Shown here: positions 12,552-26,546 of the stretch, piece after piece
Layout: each line of letters begins with the position of its first letter
Numbering within the stretch: position 1 is the first letter of the stretch
Source of the DNA: Octopus sinensis
Taxonomy: Eukaryota
Direction: 5' to 3'
Assembly (NCBI RefSeq): GCF_006345805.1
Contig: NC_043002.1
Span: 39,990,001-40,054,000, forward strand
Length of the DNA stretch: 64,000 bases
Notes under the pieces: model-generated
Told to the model about the DNA's origin: nothing
Seen by the model: the letters and a program-made list of their open reading frames with translations, nothing else
The model's database searches: none
Made by a program: the position numbers and the translations under genes

Positions 12552-13899
12552 ATATAGTGATGATTGCTTGTGCTACTACACATACAATAAAAACAGTAAT
12601 TAAATGAAAATACAACAGACCTGATATTGTTCTGTGGGTGACGGAACAAAAGTTATGCCCTGTTGTAAAGGTCATTTACCCAGCAGATGTAAATGTACCA
12701 TCAAAAGTCCAGGAAAAAGACAACATTTATGGTGAATGAATGTGGAACTTTACTCTCTCCTTTACACCCTAACTATAAATTTTCATTTGTACTTATCATC
12801 ATAGGTGCATTAAGCTACAGACTACATATTTACACAAAAACCTAGAAATACCAGGTATATTGAAGAGCAAAAGAAACCTAATGTGGATTCTTCAAATTCA
12901 ATCTATTAACAGCACAATGAAGATTTGTAAAACATTCCAAAGGTTCTCCACCTGAGATCTTTATATAAACAGATGCACACACTTGGTTGAGTGCATCGAC
13001 AGTTCAAACAGCACACCAACTCAATGACAGATTTACAAACATCAAGAAGTTTCTAAACTCAAAATGTCATGTCACTTTGTTAGTAACCAGCTTGAACTCT
13101 TTTAAAAACTTAAATAAAATTAAAGAAAACGCACATTTATTTCTTCATTTATTCCATGCTTGCTTCAGTTAAGCAAAAATGTTATTGAGGCATTGTTATA
13201 CAGTCAGTTATTATTATTATTTACAGCAGACAGCTAATACAAAGGAGACAATCATTTCTTCATATTATTTGGTGGGATCAGAAGTTTGAATTTGAAATTA
13301 AGAAATACGAAAAAAGGTAAGTAGAATACACATATTCATTCTTTCTTTGTTGTTGCTATTTACTGATTACAAAGTTCTTAAAATTGCTATATGGTGGTAA
13401 TCAAGTATCGCACTATTTCATCCTTTTCAGAAATCATCAACAAGACATAAACAGAGATATATTAATTTTATGAAGCAAAAGGTACTGTCATATATCTTCT
13501 GCTATTTTGTTTTGAACTTTTGTCAAGTACCAATACCTCTGATACAACTTCGTGCTCTAATTACTCTGTAAATAGATTACACACACAAAGAAAAATAAAT
13601 ACAGAAAGAAAGCAATAAAAAAAGGCAAACAAAAAAAAACCAGTTTCTTTGTTTCTTTTGCTTCAGCTTGTCAAAATGTCATTTTTATATACCATGGTAG
13701 GTTTGCTTTAACTTTTCTCTTTAATTTATTTTCCTTTTGTGAAATTTGGTTACAAACTATAAATATTATTATTCATTTCATATCTAAATTGTTATTTCAT
13801 ACTCCCAATATGCCTTTGTTTGGTAAGTGATTTGACCAAAGGATTTGTATCTGAAACTAAAACATTGTATTACAGTATAGTCTTAGAAGCCATTAAAAA

Positions 13900-15065
13900 C
13901 CATATTTTTTTTATTGTCGACAATATCCAGAAATCATAATCGCCCACATACTTATTTAACAACCAGCTTTCAGCTCTCTCTTTGATGTGCTTTAGATGTC
14001 CATAACATGAAAATTATATCTTCTCAGATTTTTCTTTATAATGTAGGTGAGATCAACAAAACTTTCTTAATCTTTTAGGTAGTTGTAAGTACAGGATATG
14101 CCATCAACTCTGGTTCTGTGTTTGTATGTGATATTGAGCTTGACTGGAACAGTACTTTTATCTTTATGATGTTATATCTTGATACCAAATGTTTTTGAGC
14201 CAGTGTTTTTGAGCACAGTTGTGTGAATGTGCTGTGGTGCATGAGCAACTAATGTACTGCTGTTTTCATGGAGTAGTTCTCTTTCAAGAATCTGGGTGAT
14301 TCTCATTTTTGTCATGAAATTGGCTGAAGAGGGCTGAAATTTGGTAGAACTGTATATAAACTCTGTTTTCAAGATCATGGAAGAACTTTACTAGTAATGC
14401 TGCAAGAAAGATGGAAACCAGTGTAGGTGCTAATACACATTCTTGTTTAACACCATTTGCTAAAACAAGCATCTGGTGTGTCTCTTGCGTTTTTCATCCT
14501 TGCCATCATTCCAGTTTATATGGAATGTGAATTTCTCAGGACCACTTATTTCCTCAACAGTTACCATAGTTTGAACTTATCCATGACATCAAATACTTTT
14601 GTATTAAAGTCAATGCACATAAACTAGCATTCCATCAGTTATGATGACAAGGTATTCCAGTTGATCCGATCAACAGAACAGCCCGTTCCTGAAATTAACA
14701 TGCAAGTAGCTGAGCACTTCATCGACACATGTAACTTGAACTTAATTTTCAAGGAGATTCAGTATGACACAGAGTGTGATAAGGCTGACCCTTTGAAATA
14801 CAAGTACTGCTCACTTTTGCCAGCTAAATGAACTGGAGCAACATGAAATTAACTGTCTTGCTCAAGGACATAATGCTTTGCTGGGAATCAAACTCACCAC
14901 CTTACAATGATGAACTGAATACATTAACTACTAAGCCATGTGCCTTCACAATGTATACAACATAGAGGGAGCCGTATTATTCTACACATTTCTCTTGGAG
15001 TTGTTACAAGCAGAAGATCAAATCTACTGTGCTTCAGTTTAGTCAGAAACTCCACTGTATTTCTC
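13900..15065 (-). mobile_element. Old RTE/BovB-like LINE RT fragment interrupted by a SINE
   Basis: Minus translations STVDLIFCL*QLQEKCVE (~15000) and NGVKQECVLAPTLVSIF (~14450) are typical RTE RT motifs. Confidence 0.7.
14628..14949 (-). mobile_element. tRNA-derived SINE (same family as 51806-52182), nested in the LINE
   Basis: Reverse complement shares GTTGATCGGATCAAC, CACTTGCAYGTTAATTTCA and a tRNA-like head with the 51806 copy. Confidence 0.7.
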
Positions 15066-15087
15066 ATATTATATTATATATTTTGAA

Positions 15088-15290
15088 AGGCGGTGAGCTA
15101 GCAGAAACGTCAGCATGCCAGGCGAAATGCTTAGCAGTATTTCGTCTGTCTTTACGTTCTGAGTTCAAATTCCGCCAAGGTTGACTTTGCCTTTCATCCT
15201 TTCAGTGTCAATAAATTAATTACCAGTTGTGTACTGGGGTCGATCTAATCAACTGTCCCCTTCCCCAAAATTTCAGGCCTTGTACCTTGA
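15088..15290 (+). mobile_element. SINE with Meta/MESC-like domain
   Basis: GGCGGTGAGCTAGCAGAAACG...GAGTTCAAATTCCGCC...GCCTTTCATCCTTTCAGTGTCAATAAATTAATTACCAG. Confidence 0.7.
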
Positions 15291-16107
15291 AAAGTTAAGA
15301 TTATATTATATTTTGAGATATGTGAGTACCAAGAGTAGCGGTACATGGCTTAGGGGTTTTGGTGTTGTACCCATGGTCATAAGATTGTGGATTTGACTGG
15401 ACAATGCATTATGCTCTTGAGCAAGACACTTCATTTCACATTTCACATTGCTCCAGTCCACTCAGCTGGTGAAAATGAGTAATTCTGAGATGTACTGGCA
15501 TCTTGTCTTGGTGGGTAATATATATGCCACAGAACCCAGGAAGCCAATCATGTTTATAGATGTGGATTCGAGTCTCATGAACAGATTTCGACTTTTTACT
15601 CAAAAGGTATTCTAATCCTATTGGTAGATAATATGGTAGGTAAGTATGAAGTCAGGTTGATAGGTAGGTAGGTAGGTATGTAGATAGCTAAGTAGATATG
15701 TAGGTAGACAAGTAGGTAGTCAGATAGGTAGGTAGGTAGGATGTTGGTCAGTAGGTACATGGGTAGGTATACATATATATTATATATATTTATATACATA
15801 ATAGATGAATATATAAAGGTATGGGTGTGTGGTAAGAAGTTTGCTTCCTAACCACATGGTTCCAGGTTCAGTTCCGCCATGTGTAGCACCTTGGGCAAGT
15901 ATTTTCTACTATAGCCTTGGGCCAACAAAAAGCCTTGTGAATGGATTTAGTAGACTTAAACTGACAGAAGCCTGTTGTATGTATATATATATTTTACAAG
16001 AACAAATATATTTATGCATGTATGTATATATATATTTATATATGGTGTGTGAGCATTTGAGTGTGTGTATGTGTATATATATATGCAGGTATATATGTAT
16101 GAATATG

Positions 16108-16152
<45 letters not shown>

Positions 16153-16249
16153 GATGAGTGTGTTTTTGCCTTGTTAACAATTAACACGGAAAAAAATAAA
16201 TAGTTACCAGTATTTGATTTATATCTGCGTTAAACTCCATTTATTTATG

Positions 16250-16525
<276 letters not shown>

Positions 16526-16851
16526 ATGAATGTATGTACAAGCATGCACTCATCCAATACATTCATAGACAACCACACGCCCACACATATAGATACGCAT
16601 ACACATATGGACTGTTGAAAATTAACTGGGGAAATTTGGGTATTATTTTTAGCCTTCTGAATGAAGTGCCATCTTTGGGATTTTCCAATTGGTTTGAGAG
16701 CTTCTGATATGATATCCTGTTGTGATAAAGGATACAGTAACCCAATATGTAATAGTAACTGTCATTTTATAAGCACTAATTGTTTTTAAGATCGACAAAT
16801 GAATGATGGTAGCACTTGCTTACAATTATCACTAATTTAATATTAGATGGT

Positions 16852-17297
16852 ATTTACTCTTTACTCTTTTACTTGTTTCAGTCATTTGACTGCGGCCATG
16901 CTGGAGCACCACTTTTTAGTCAAGCAAATCGACCCCAGAACTTATTCTTTGCAAGCCTAGTACTTATTCTTTTGGTCTCTTTTGCCGAACTGCTAAGTTA
17001 CAGGGACATAAACACACCAGCATCGTTTGTTAAGCGATGTCAGGGGGTCAAACACAGACACACAAACATATACACACCCATACATATATATATATATATA
17101 TATATATGCATATATACAACGGGCTTATATATATATGACAGGCTTCTTCCAGTTTCCATCTATCAAATTCACTTACAAAGCTTTGGTTGACCCGAGGCTA
17201 TAGTAGAAGACACTTGCCCAAGGTGCCATACAGTGGGACTGAACCCAGAACCATGTTGCTGGTAAGCAAGCTACTCACCACACAGCCACTCCTGCTG
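16852..17297 (-). mobile_element. Full tRNA/CORE-type SINE with internal (TA)n and (GTAAAAGA)n tail
   Basis: Minus strand: GGAGTGGCTGTGTGGTGAG...GGTTCAGTCCCACTG...CCTTGGGCAAGTG...(TA)n...GCTCCAGCATGGCCGCAGTCAAATGACTGAAACAAGTAAAAGAGTAAAAGAG. Confidence 0.75.
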
Positions 17298-17310
17298 CTA
17301 TATATATATG

Positions 17311-17358
<48 letters not shown>

Positions 17359-17752
17359 TGTGTATGTATATATCAATGGCTTACGGTGACTTCTGATGTT
17401 GGTCATGCAGTAAATACTTGGCATGCATGGCAGAGACGTAACCAAACCCCTCCCCCCACCTTTTAAAAGAATTTTTTTCTTTACAGGAACCCACATTTTC
17501 AGCTATGGAGATTCCAATTCTGAAAGAAAATTGGTGAAAATCACAACTTCAAAATTTCAATCTGGATGGGTTTCCTAAAGTAACTATTTTAGCTCACTTT
17601 CCAATGATTTGAACAACTTTTCAATATGGTTATAAATACATTATGTTCTAAAATTGATTTTTGAGTTATATAAAAATGAACAGACATGCAGTGAATAACT
17701 AGCATGTCCCGACTGCATGCCACTGGTATGTATATGTATGTATGTATGTATG

Positions 17753-17802
<50 letters not shown>

Positions 17803-18112
17803 TGTTATATATATATATATATGTTGTTAAGTCTATTGTATTTGTATTTTTTTTATTGTATTCATAAGTGTATATATTTGCTGCTTTCTGCCAAAGAATC
17901 TAATGCTCTTAGCTTAGCTTTTCCTTGGGGCTGGCCAGATTAGAGCAATCTCAACAATAATCAGCTGAAATTGGGAGGATAATCTTGTGCTTGACTGAGG
18001 AAAGAAAACTTCGAATGACCCACTCTTGTTTTCTTTGTATCGTCTATCTGGATGTTTTGTCCCTTTTTGTATCACCTGGCTTCCGGATGTTTTACGTTCT
18101 TGTCCCATTTTG

Positions 18113-18179
<67 letters not shown>

Positions 18180-18220
18180 TAGAGAGAGAGAGGAGAGAGA
18201 GAGAGGGAGAGAGGATAAAG

Positions 18221-18301
<81 letters not shown>

Positions 18302-18794
18302 GAGGGGATAATAGATATAGATATAGATGAATAATTGAATATATATATATTCATTCATCCTCCATGGCTGAAGTTCAGAGGCCTTACAAAATTCAATAAG
18401 TAAAACTTCCAGATATGTATAAAAGAACACTTTTATAATTCAGGCAACTTTCAAAGATAAATACAGTGCACGTTTTGCTTCGTGAAATCATCAATCAGTT
18501 CAGAATAATCAAGCTGAGAGCTAAGTTCGTGTTCAATAGATATCATAGACAATCCAAATGTCTGGTACACATGTTCATGGTACAATGTAATATTTTTACA
18601 AGAACTTTTGCTGGTATAATGTATTACCATTTCATTTCTTGAAATTTTCAGTTAACATAGTTTAATTCTTGTTCAACATCTCAACCAAAGTAAATAGAAG
18701 ACTCATGTACATACTTTGATCTTAAACATGGGGCCCCTTCAGCCGTGGAGGCCCCCTGCAACTGCAAGGGTTGTAGGGGCTTAGTGATGGCCCT

Positions 18795-19760
18795 GCATGT
18801 AACTGAGTACTCCATAGGACACATAACCTTCATGTAGTTCTCAGGGTGATTCAGCATGATACACTGAACATGAAAAGGCTGGCCCTTTTGAAGTACAGGT
18901 ACAGCACAACACATTTTTGCCAGCTGAGTGGACTGAGTGAAATGAAGTGTCTTGCTCAATGACACAACATGTTACTAGGAATCGAACTCAAGACCTTACA
19001 ATTGTGAGCTGAATACACTAACCACTGAGCCATGCCACTTTTAGTGAGTGAAGTAGCTGAATATTCCACAGACATGTGTAAAGGGTAAAAACCCCCTTTG
19101 GTCATGAATGACCATGGGATTGCACCTAGAAAGTTACCCCCGAAGGCACAAGTCCGGGCAAAGTTGTTTATGGAAGGCCAGCAGTCACCCATGCATACCA
19201 GCCTCCCCTTTTATCCAAGGGAAAGACAAAGGCTGATACAACTTGGCACTAGTGATATTGCAACTCATTTCTACAGCTGAGTGAACTGGAGCAAAATGAA
19301 ACAAAGTGTCTTGCTCAAACACACAACACACAGCCCAGTCTGGGAATTGAACTCACTACTTCATGATTGTGAACCTGACACTCTAACAACTGAGCTATGT
19401 ACCTTCACTTCAAATATATTGGTAAAAGACCTACTTCGGTTATGAATGACCATGGGATTGCACCTTGAAAGTTATCCTCTGAGGCACAAGTTCAGGCAAG
19501 GTTGTTTATGGAAAGCCAACAGTCACCTATGTATACCAGCCTCCCCTCTCCATGCCATTAATGTTGTCCAAAGGAAAGACAAAGGCTGATACAGCCTGGC
19601 ACCAGTGACATCACAACTCATTTCAACAGCTGAGTGAACTGGAGCAATGTAAAATAACGTGCCTTGCTCAAGAATACAATACACAGCTCGGTTCAGGAAT
19701 CAAACTCACCACCTCATGATTGTGAGCCCCATGCTCTAACCACTGAGCTAAGTGCCTTCA
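18795..19760 (-). mobile_element. Cluster of three tRNA-headed SINEs (two tandem copies of a CCTTTA-tailed family at ~19080-19410 and ~19420-19760)
   Basis: Repeated GGTCATGAATGACCATGGGATTGCACC...CAGCTGAGTGAACTGGAGCAA...CTAACCACTGAGC. A further copy lies at 61735-62060. Confidence 0.75.
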
Positions 19761-20530
19761 CACACATGTATATACTTTATATAATTTTCAAGTACACTCA
19801 ATGTGACAAAAGTGAGACAAGGCTGTACCATTAATTACAAGTACAGTCCATCCAGCAAACATTACACTGTTACTGTCTACCATAATTCACTCAGAACTCT
19901 TGGTTTAACCCAAGGCTATGGTAAAGATGAAAAGGCATATGGCTTAGTGGATAGGCTATTGCATTCAAGATGATAAGATCATGGTTTCAATTCCTGGACC
20001 AAGCAGTGTGTTGTGTTCTTGAGCAAAATACCTCACTTCATGTGAAGTGAGGAAAATGCTTTCACTCCAATCCACTCAGCTATAAATGAGTTCTGACATA
20101 AATGAGTTCTGACATCAAAACCTTCTAGTAAGGTAAGGTTACTTTCTTGAGTCATGCTGACTCATAAGGTTTCTATGATAGGAATTCCTGAACAGGACAC
20201 CAGTCTGTTGCAGGATTACTCATTTTTGCTAGCTGAGTGGACTGGAGCAACATGAAATGGAGTATATTGCTCAAGAACACAATGCGTCACTTGGTCCAGG
20301 GATTGAAACCACAATCTTACGATCATAAGTCCAACACCCTAATAACTAAGTCATTCAGACTGGCATCCCATCCCAGGGCAGAGTGTTTTAATCTCAGTCA
20401 CTAATACACGATGGAAAGCTTATGAGTTGTGAGTTTCATGATAGGTAGATTATGATAAAGATACCAAGAAAAGGGGATGAGTTCAGGATCACATGATTGT
20501 GAGCTGAACTTCCTTACTGCTCATCAATGC

Positions 20531-20590
<60 letters not shown>

Positions 20591-20619
20591 TGTGTGTGCG
20601 TGCGTGCGTGCGTGCGTGT

Positions 20620-20680
<61 letters not shown>

Positions 20681-20710
20681 ACATGTGCAAATAGGAGTTA
20701 CAGACATTAA

Positions 20711-20925
20711 ACCTTTAGCATTCAAACTGGCTATATCCAGCAAAAATATTTTACCTGTTTTATGCTAAAATTGGCCCGATCTGGCCCTCACTATCAACCC
20801 TCTAATTTCATTCTAAAAATATCCAATCAAATCACTGAAATCTCAAAGCTATAATGCATAATTAATTGAAAACAATGTGAATAAATAAGCATTATATTTG
20901 ACAGAGTAATCTGGATGCCAAAAGA
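20711..20925. mobile_element. piggyBac-like MITE
   Basis: TTAA|ACCTTTAGCATTC...GGATGCCAAAAGA|TTAA, homologous to 27689-27908. Confidence 0.6.
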
Positions 20926-22302
20926 TTAAATAATGGCTTCAAATTCTGGCACAAGGCTAGTAATTTCTGTTATATTTTAGGACAGTCATTTTTTTTTCTT
21001 GCCAAATAAACACACACACACTGTATATACGTTCTTCACATGTTTATTACTCTTCTTAATGTCTGGAAATCTTTCATCACACACTGGTGACCTCTTCGGG
21101 TACTTTCCAATTCACTAGTAATTTCAAAGGAGAGTTTAAGATGATTCCGTCACCCCCCCCCCCCAGTGTTCAACTGGTACTTGTTTTATCAACCCTGAAA
21201 GGATGAAAGGCAAAGTTGACCTCAGAGGAATTTGAACTCAGAACCTAAAGACAGGCAAAATGCTGACTTGCCTACAAACATAAAATAATACTATCCACTT
21301 TTACACAAAGAATAGAAGTCCTGAAGCCAATCAGGGAATCTCTAGAAGTGGTTGATCAACATGCTAAAAATAGCACCCAAATTTCCTTAAGAAAATGAAA
21401 AGAAATATGGGATGGTCACATTTAAAATAACACTTTTGATCATTGTTCTACTTGATCGTTGCTGACCTTGGGCAATGGCGGCTAAATGACAACAACACCA
21501 TATAAAAAGCCTTTTATCAATAACCTGTTATATACAAGCCTTCACTATCATTAATTCTGTGAGTGTGTATGTATGTACCTTTGAATGTATGTATGTGTGC
21601 ATATATTTATGTGCATGTGTGTTGTTTTGTTTGATGTTATATATAGATTTTTTGTAGCAAAATAAAGCTGTTTACTAGTTAGAATATTATCTTGAAACTA
21701 AATTATTATTTAGTTCACTTGAGTAGATATTTACTATCCAATGAACAGATATAGTTCATTGATCAAACAAAGGAAATCTATACCAAATCTTGATCCTCTC
21801 CACCCTTGCCACCACCCACTACCACCACTGTCACTTCCACAAATACACCACACAAAACATTGCTTATTTCCTAAGGACACACCCAAAAGTTGATTGAAAC
21901 GGTTTGATATATGTGCGCACACACACACACACATACACACACACACACACACACACATACACACACGCACACACACACACGCACGCACACACACACACAG
22001 ACACACACACAGACACACATATATATGTGTGTGTGTGTATATATATATTGTCCTATAAATTTCACAGAGCCTTAGGTTTGTTGCTTCATTTTATACATGC
22101 TCACACAAGACCCGCATTTGACTTCTTACTCGTATTATTATCAAACCAAGAATCTAACTTCAGTCCTCCTGTAGCACTTACATAGCCTTACCTACCATCT
22201 TGGGTCTTCTGGATACCAATACCTCTCATATATATATATTATATATATATATTATATATATATTATATAAATATATATAATGTGTGTGTATGTGTGTGTG
22301 TG

Positions 22303-22601
22303 TGAAGGTACATGACTTAGTGGTTAGGGTAATCAGCTCATGATCGTAAGGTTGTGAGTTTGATTCCTGGCAGTGCTTTCTGTCCTTGAGCAAAACACTT
22401 TATTTCACTTTACTCCAGTCTACTTTGCTGGGAAAATGAGTTGTACCTGTAATTCAAAAGGGCCGGCCTTGTTACACTGTGTCACACTGAATCTCCCTGA
22501 TAACTACGTTAATGGTACATATGTCTGTGGACATATGTACAAGCAGGCTGTTCCATTGATCAGATCAACTGGAACTCTTGTCATCGTAATCAACAGAACA
22601 C

Positions 22602-22605
<4 letters not shown>
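22303..22605 (+). mobile_element. tRNA-derived SINE (51806 family)
   Basis: TGACTTAGTGGTTAG...GAGTTTGATTCC head and shared body AAAGGGCCGGCCTTGT...GATCAGATCAACTGGAAC. Confidence 0.7.
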
Positions 22606-22637
<32 letters not shown>

Positions 22638-23012
22638 TTTTATTTGTTTCAGTCATTTGACTGCAGCCATGCTGGAGCACTGCCTTTAGTTGAACAAACT
22701 GACCCGAGGACTTATTCTTTGTAAGCCTAGTACTTATTCTATTTTTGCCAAACCACTAAGTTACGGGGATGTAAATAGACCAACACCGGTTGTCATGCGA
22801 TGATGTGGGGGACAAACACAGATACACACACACATACACACATATATATACGACAAGTTTCGTTCAGTTTCTGTCTACCAAATCCACTCACAAGGCTTTG
22901 GTCAGCTTGAAGCTGTAGCAGAAGACACTTGCTCAAGGTGCCACACAGTGAGGCTGAACCCAGAACCAAGTGGTTGGGAAGCAAGCTTCTTACCACACAG
23001 CCACACCTGTAC
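22638..23012 (-). mobile_element. tRNA/CORE-type SINE
   Basis: Same family as 16852-17297 and 29305-29835. Confidence 0.7.
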
Positions 23013-23029
23013 CTATATACATTTTTTAT

Positions 23030-24125
23030 GAATGTGTGAAATTTTTCTGTGAGGGTCTGTAGAGATAAATCCTGGTTCGCTTGCTCCATTTTCAAGAGAA
23101 TCCTTATCCGAAATTCTCTACAGGTGCTGTAAGTCCTTGTACATATCCTGAGTGAGATCCTGCACCACACCTGCGTCTGTAGAGATAAATCCTGGTTTGC
23201 TTGCTTCATTTTTAAGAGAATCCTTGTCCAAAATTCTCTACAAGTCCTTGCACATATCCTGAGTGAGGTCCTGGAGTTTGAAATTTTCACTCATACAGTT
23301 GACTACTCCAGCGTAGGTGATAAAATCCTCCTCCTCATTTTTTGTTAAGTTCTAACACTCCATTCTGGTGCTGAATAATGAACTTCTATCACAAAATATT
23401 TTTGAAAGCAGTTCCATGGTTTATTGGAAACCAATCTCACTCAACTTTTTGGGCAGAATAAAGTTACAGTAACACTCATGTTTGGCAGGAGCTACCTTGT
23501 GTAGTAAAAGTCTTACTTTCTGCTCCACCGACCATGACTTACACACGCTGTTAAAAATTTCCTCATATCTTCCATAATATGTGGGAAACATAATATCCTC
23601 CTCTGGATTATACGTAAATTCAGAAATTGATTTAGCTACGCCATCTGGCATAAACAAGCTTACTAGATTTTCAGACTTCGCTGACTGTAACTCATTTAAT
23701 TGTTGTTGTTGTTGTAGCATTTGTTTTTGCAACTCCTGTAGTTGTTCCTGTTGCTTCTCTTGAAGCTGTACTACTGTGGCTAATAGGTTTTCCATGATAC
23801 AGAAATTGTCAAATAACTAATGTGAGTTTCGAACGATCCTCATCACCAGATGTTATATTCTTATGGATAAACGAATATACTGCAACACTGTAATATCAAA
23901 ATAATCTAAACAAATGGCAATAACCATGCGGAACATAACAACAATCTTTTAAGAACCAACAATTCAGCACGCTAACTCGAACTGTAAACTTTGGACTCCA
24001 ACTTTGAACTATCAATACATGAACTGTGGAACTAGCATGAACTACCTCACTTACTCAGACCACTACTATTTATATAGAGTGGTCCAGTTTATTCTTGCCA
24101 GGGGGTCTCATATTCTCACACAACA
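23030..24125 (-). mobile_element. 5' part of a Gypsy/Ty3 LTR retrotransposon: LTR (23851-24125), PBS and truncated gag
   Basis: Minus strand: TGTTGTG...TATATAAATA...ATAACA, then TC-TGGTGATGAGGAT (PBS resembling the complement of the tRNA-Ser(GCU) 3' end). This is followed by ORF MENLLATVVQLQEKQQ...ISEFTYNPEEDIMFPTYYGRYEEIF...KVRLLLHK...CNFILPK, a K02A2.6-type gag N-terminus. Confidence 0.8.
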
Positions 24126-24239
24126 TATACACATGTATGTATGTATGTATGTATGTATGTATGTATGTATGTATGTATGTATGTATGTATGTATGTGTGT
24201 GTGTGTATGTATGTATGTATGTATGTATGTATGTATATA

Positions 24240-24685
24240 TAGGTGCAGGTGTGGCTGTGTGGTCAGAAGCTTGCTTCCCAACTACATGGCTTCAACTTAA
24301 GTCCCACTGAATGGCATCTTGGGTAAGTGTCTTCTACTATAGCCTTAGGCTAACCAAAGCCTGGTGAGTGGATTTATTAAGCAGAAACTGAAAGAAGTGC
24401 ATCATGTATATATATACATATATATATATTTATATACAAGTGTGTGTATGCTTGTGTCTCTTTGTCTTGACATCACCTGATAGATGTAAATAAGCATCAC
24501 AGTCATTATATGCTGTGTCATTCTTCATTGCCAACATTCTGCAAGAACATGTTTGGCCATGGAGAAAATATTACCTTTACTTGTAAGCTGGTGAGAGTTG
24601 GCAATAGGAAGGGCATCTAGGTGTAGAAAATCTACCTCAATAATTTCTGCCCAGCCCAGGAAAAAGTTGACATTAAAATGGTGAT
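24240..24685 (+). mobile_element. CORE-type SINE head joined to an RTE-like 3' tail
   Basis: Same head as 16852, but the 3' module is GAGAGTTGGCAATAGGAAGGGCATC...GTAGAAAATCT...GACATTAAAATG. Similar copies lie at 43320-43740 and 48345-48835. Confidence 0.6.
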
Positions 24686-24688
24686 ATG

Positions 24689-24735
<47 letters not shown>

Positions 24736-24769
24736 CGATGATGATGATGATGATGATATATATAGAGAG

Positions 24770-24915
24770 ATAATGCGAAGGTTTACGAAAATAAACAAAA
24801 GATGAAGGCAGGTGGAGTACAAACAAACAAATGTATTAGTATGGCGCTCAGGAATAGAAATAGAACAAGTCTTTTACATTTCGAGCCTACGCTCTTCAAC
24901 AGAAAGATACACAGA
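24770..24915 (-). mobile_element. Short Penelope-like repeat with hammerhead-like motif (second copy)
   Basis: Homologous to 192-350. The minus strand reads TCTTT-CTGTTGA-A-GAGC-GTAG-GCTC-GAAA-TG-TA-AAAGA. Confidence 0.45.
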
Positions 24916-25995
24916 AGATAGATAGAGAGATAGATTCATGTCCTTATACATACACACACATTGCATCACACACATGGAAATTCTCTATGCTAATTAATAT
25001 CATTTATGTGTGCACACATATATCATCATCATCATCATTATCAACATGATCGTTTCTATGTCCATTTTTCCATGCTTGCATAAATCAGATGGAATTTGTT
25101 CAGACAAATTTTCTACACCCAGATGCTCTACTTATCATCAGCAGTCACTTGTTTCAAGAAAGGTAATATTTAACCAAGGCTGGACATTTTTACACAGAAG
25201 ATTAGAAAAAAAAAAGTCTCTTCTTGAATGACAATGACACTTGCTTGCAACTATCACTTGATTTGAAGGCAAGGTATCACACAGAGACACGGATGATAAA
25301 GAAGCGCCAATCACTTAATATAGAACCCTAATGCTTGTAGAAGAATGCGATTCATGAACACATGGAATGAAGTAGTAAAGTCTGATCTCAGGACTTTTGA
25401 ATCTCATAAGGAAGACAGCAAAGGACCTGGAGATATGAAGTGCAAAGCTAAATGTTCTGGAACATAATGTGTGTATATGTAATTTGGCCCTTTGCACAAA
25501 TCTTTTATCAAGCCTTTCCCATCAGAAAAACTTGTAAGAGTCAGGGAAAGGTATTTAATAACAGCCTGAATGATACAATTTCAAACCCTCAGTGAAACTA
25601 ATCAAAAATCAGAAACCTAGTTGTTCACAGAGGACAAGCCAGGTCTATCTGGCAACCTGAAGTCCTGAATTTACTAATATGGCAGCTTCCCATATTCTTT
25701 GACCCTTCTTGAACATTCTAGAGAATTTATAGATTTCTCTGTTGCTTCCATTTTACCAGTCATTCCAAGCCTGTCTCTTCCCTTTTGTGGCACTGTCTAC
25801 CTCACTTTTCTATCACCAAGTCACTCTTGGTCTGGTTGAAACTTTACCTCAGTCATTTGATCCGTCATTCTCAGTTGCTTGTTTTTAGTTCTCCTCTGTT
25901 ATGCATCTATGTATCTTTCTTGTCAAAGGCTTCAACTACTCCTCTCACACACACATACTCTCTCTTTCTCTCTCTCTCTCGCTCGCTCTCTCCTC

Positions 25996-26027
<32 letters not shown>

Positions 26028-26099
26028 TTCTCTTTCTCTCCATATACATGTGTATATGCATATACATTAATGAATAGATATACATATATACATACTACA

Positions 26100-26131
<32 letters not shown>

Positions 26132-26160
26132 ATATATATAATATATATATATATAATATA

Positions 26161-26208
<48 letters not shown>

Positions 26209-26428
26209 TATATAATAAAATATTAGGGAATAGATCCAAACTTACAGGGAAAAATCAGATTTAGGATTAAATCCAATTTTATAGTAAAATATATTATATT
26301 ATATTATATTAAATTAGAGATAAACCACTATTAGGCAAATCAAACAATGAAAAACATAAGCCAATACATAAAATTAATTAATTTATATTATTTTAAATAT
26401 ATATCAAAGTATTAAACGTTAATAAAAG

Positions 26429-26490
<62 letters not shown>

Positions 26491-26515
26491 GTATAATGTA
26501 TAATATGTGTGTGTG

Positions 26516-26546
<31 letters not shown>

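Noticed and set aside
12225-12557. 110-aa ORF as a host exon
   Set aside because: It lies within a TG...CA element with TSD, TATA and polyA signals, which is better explained as a solo LTR.
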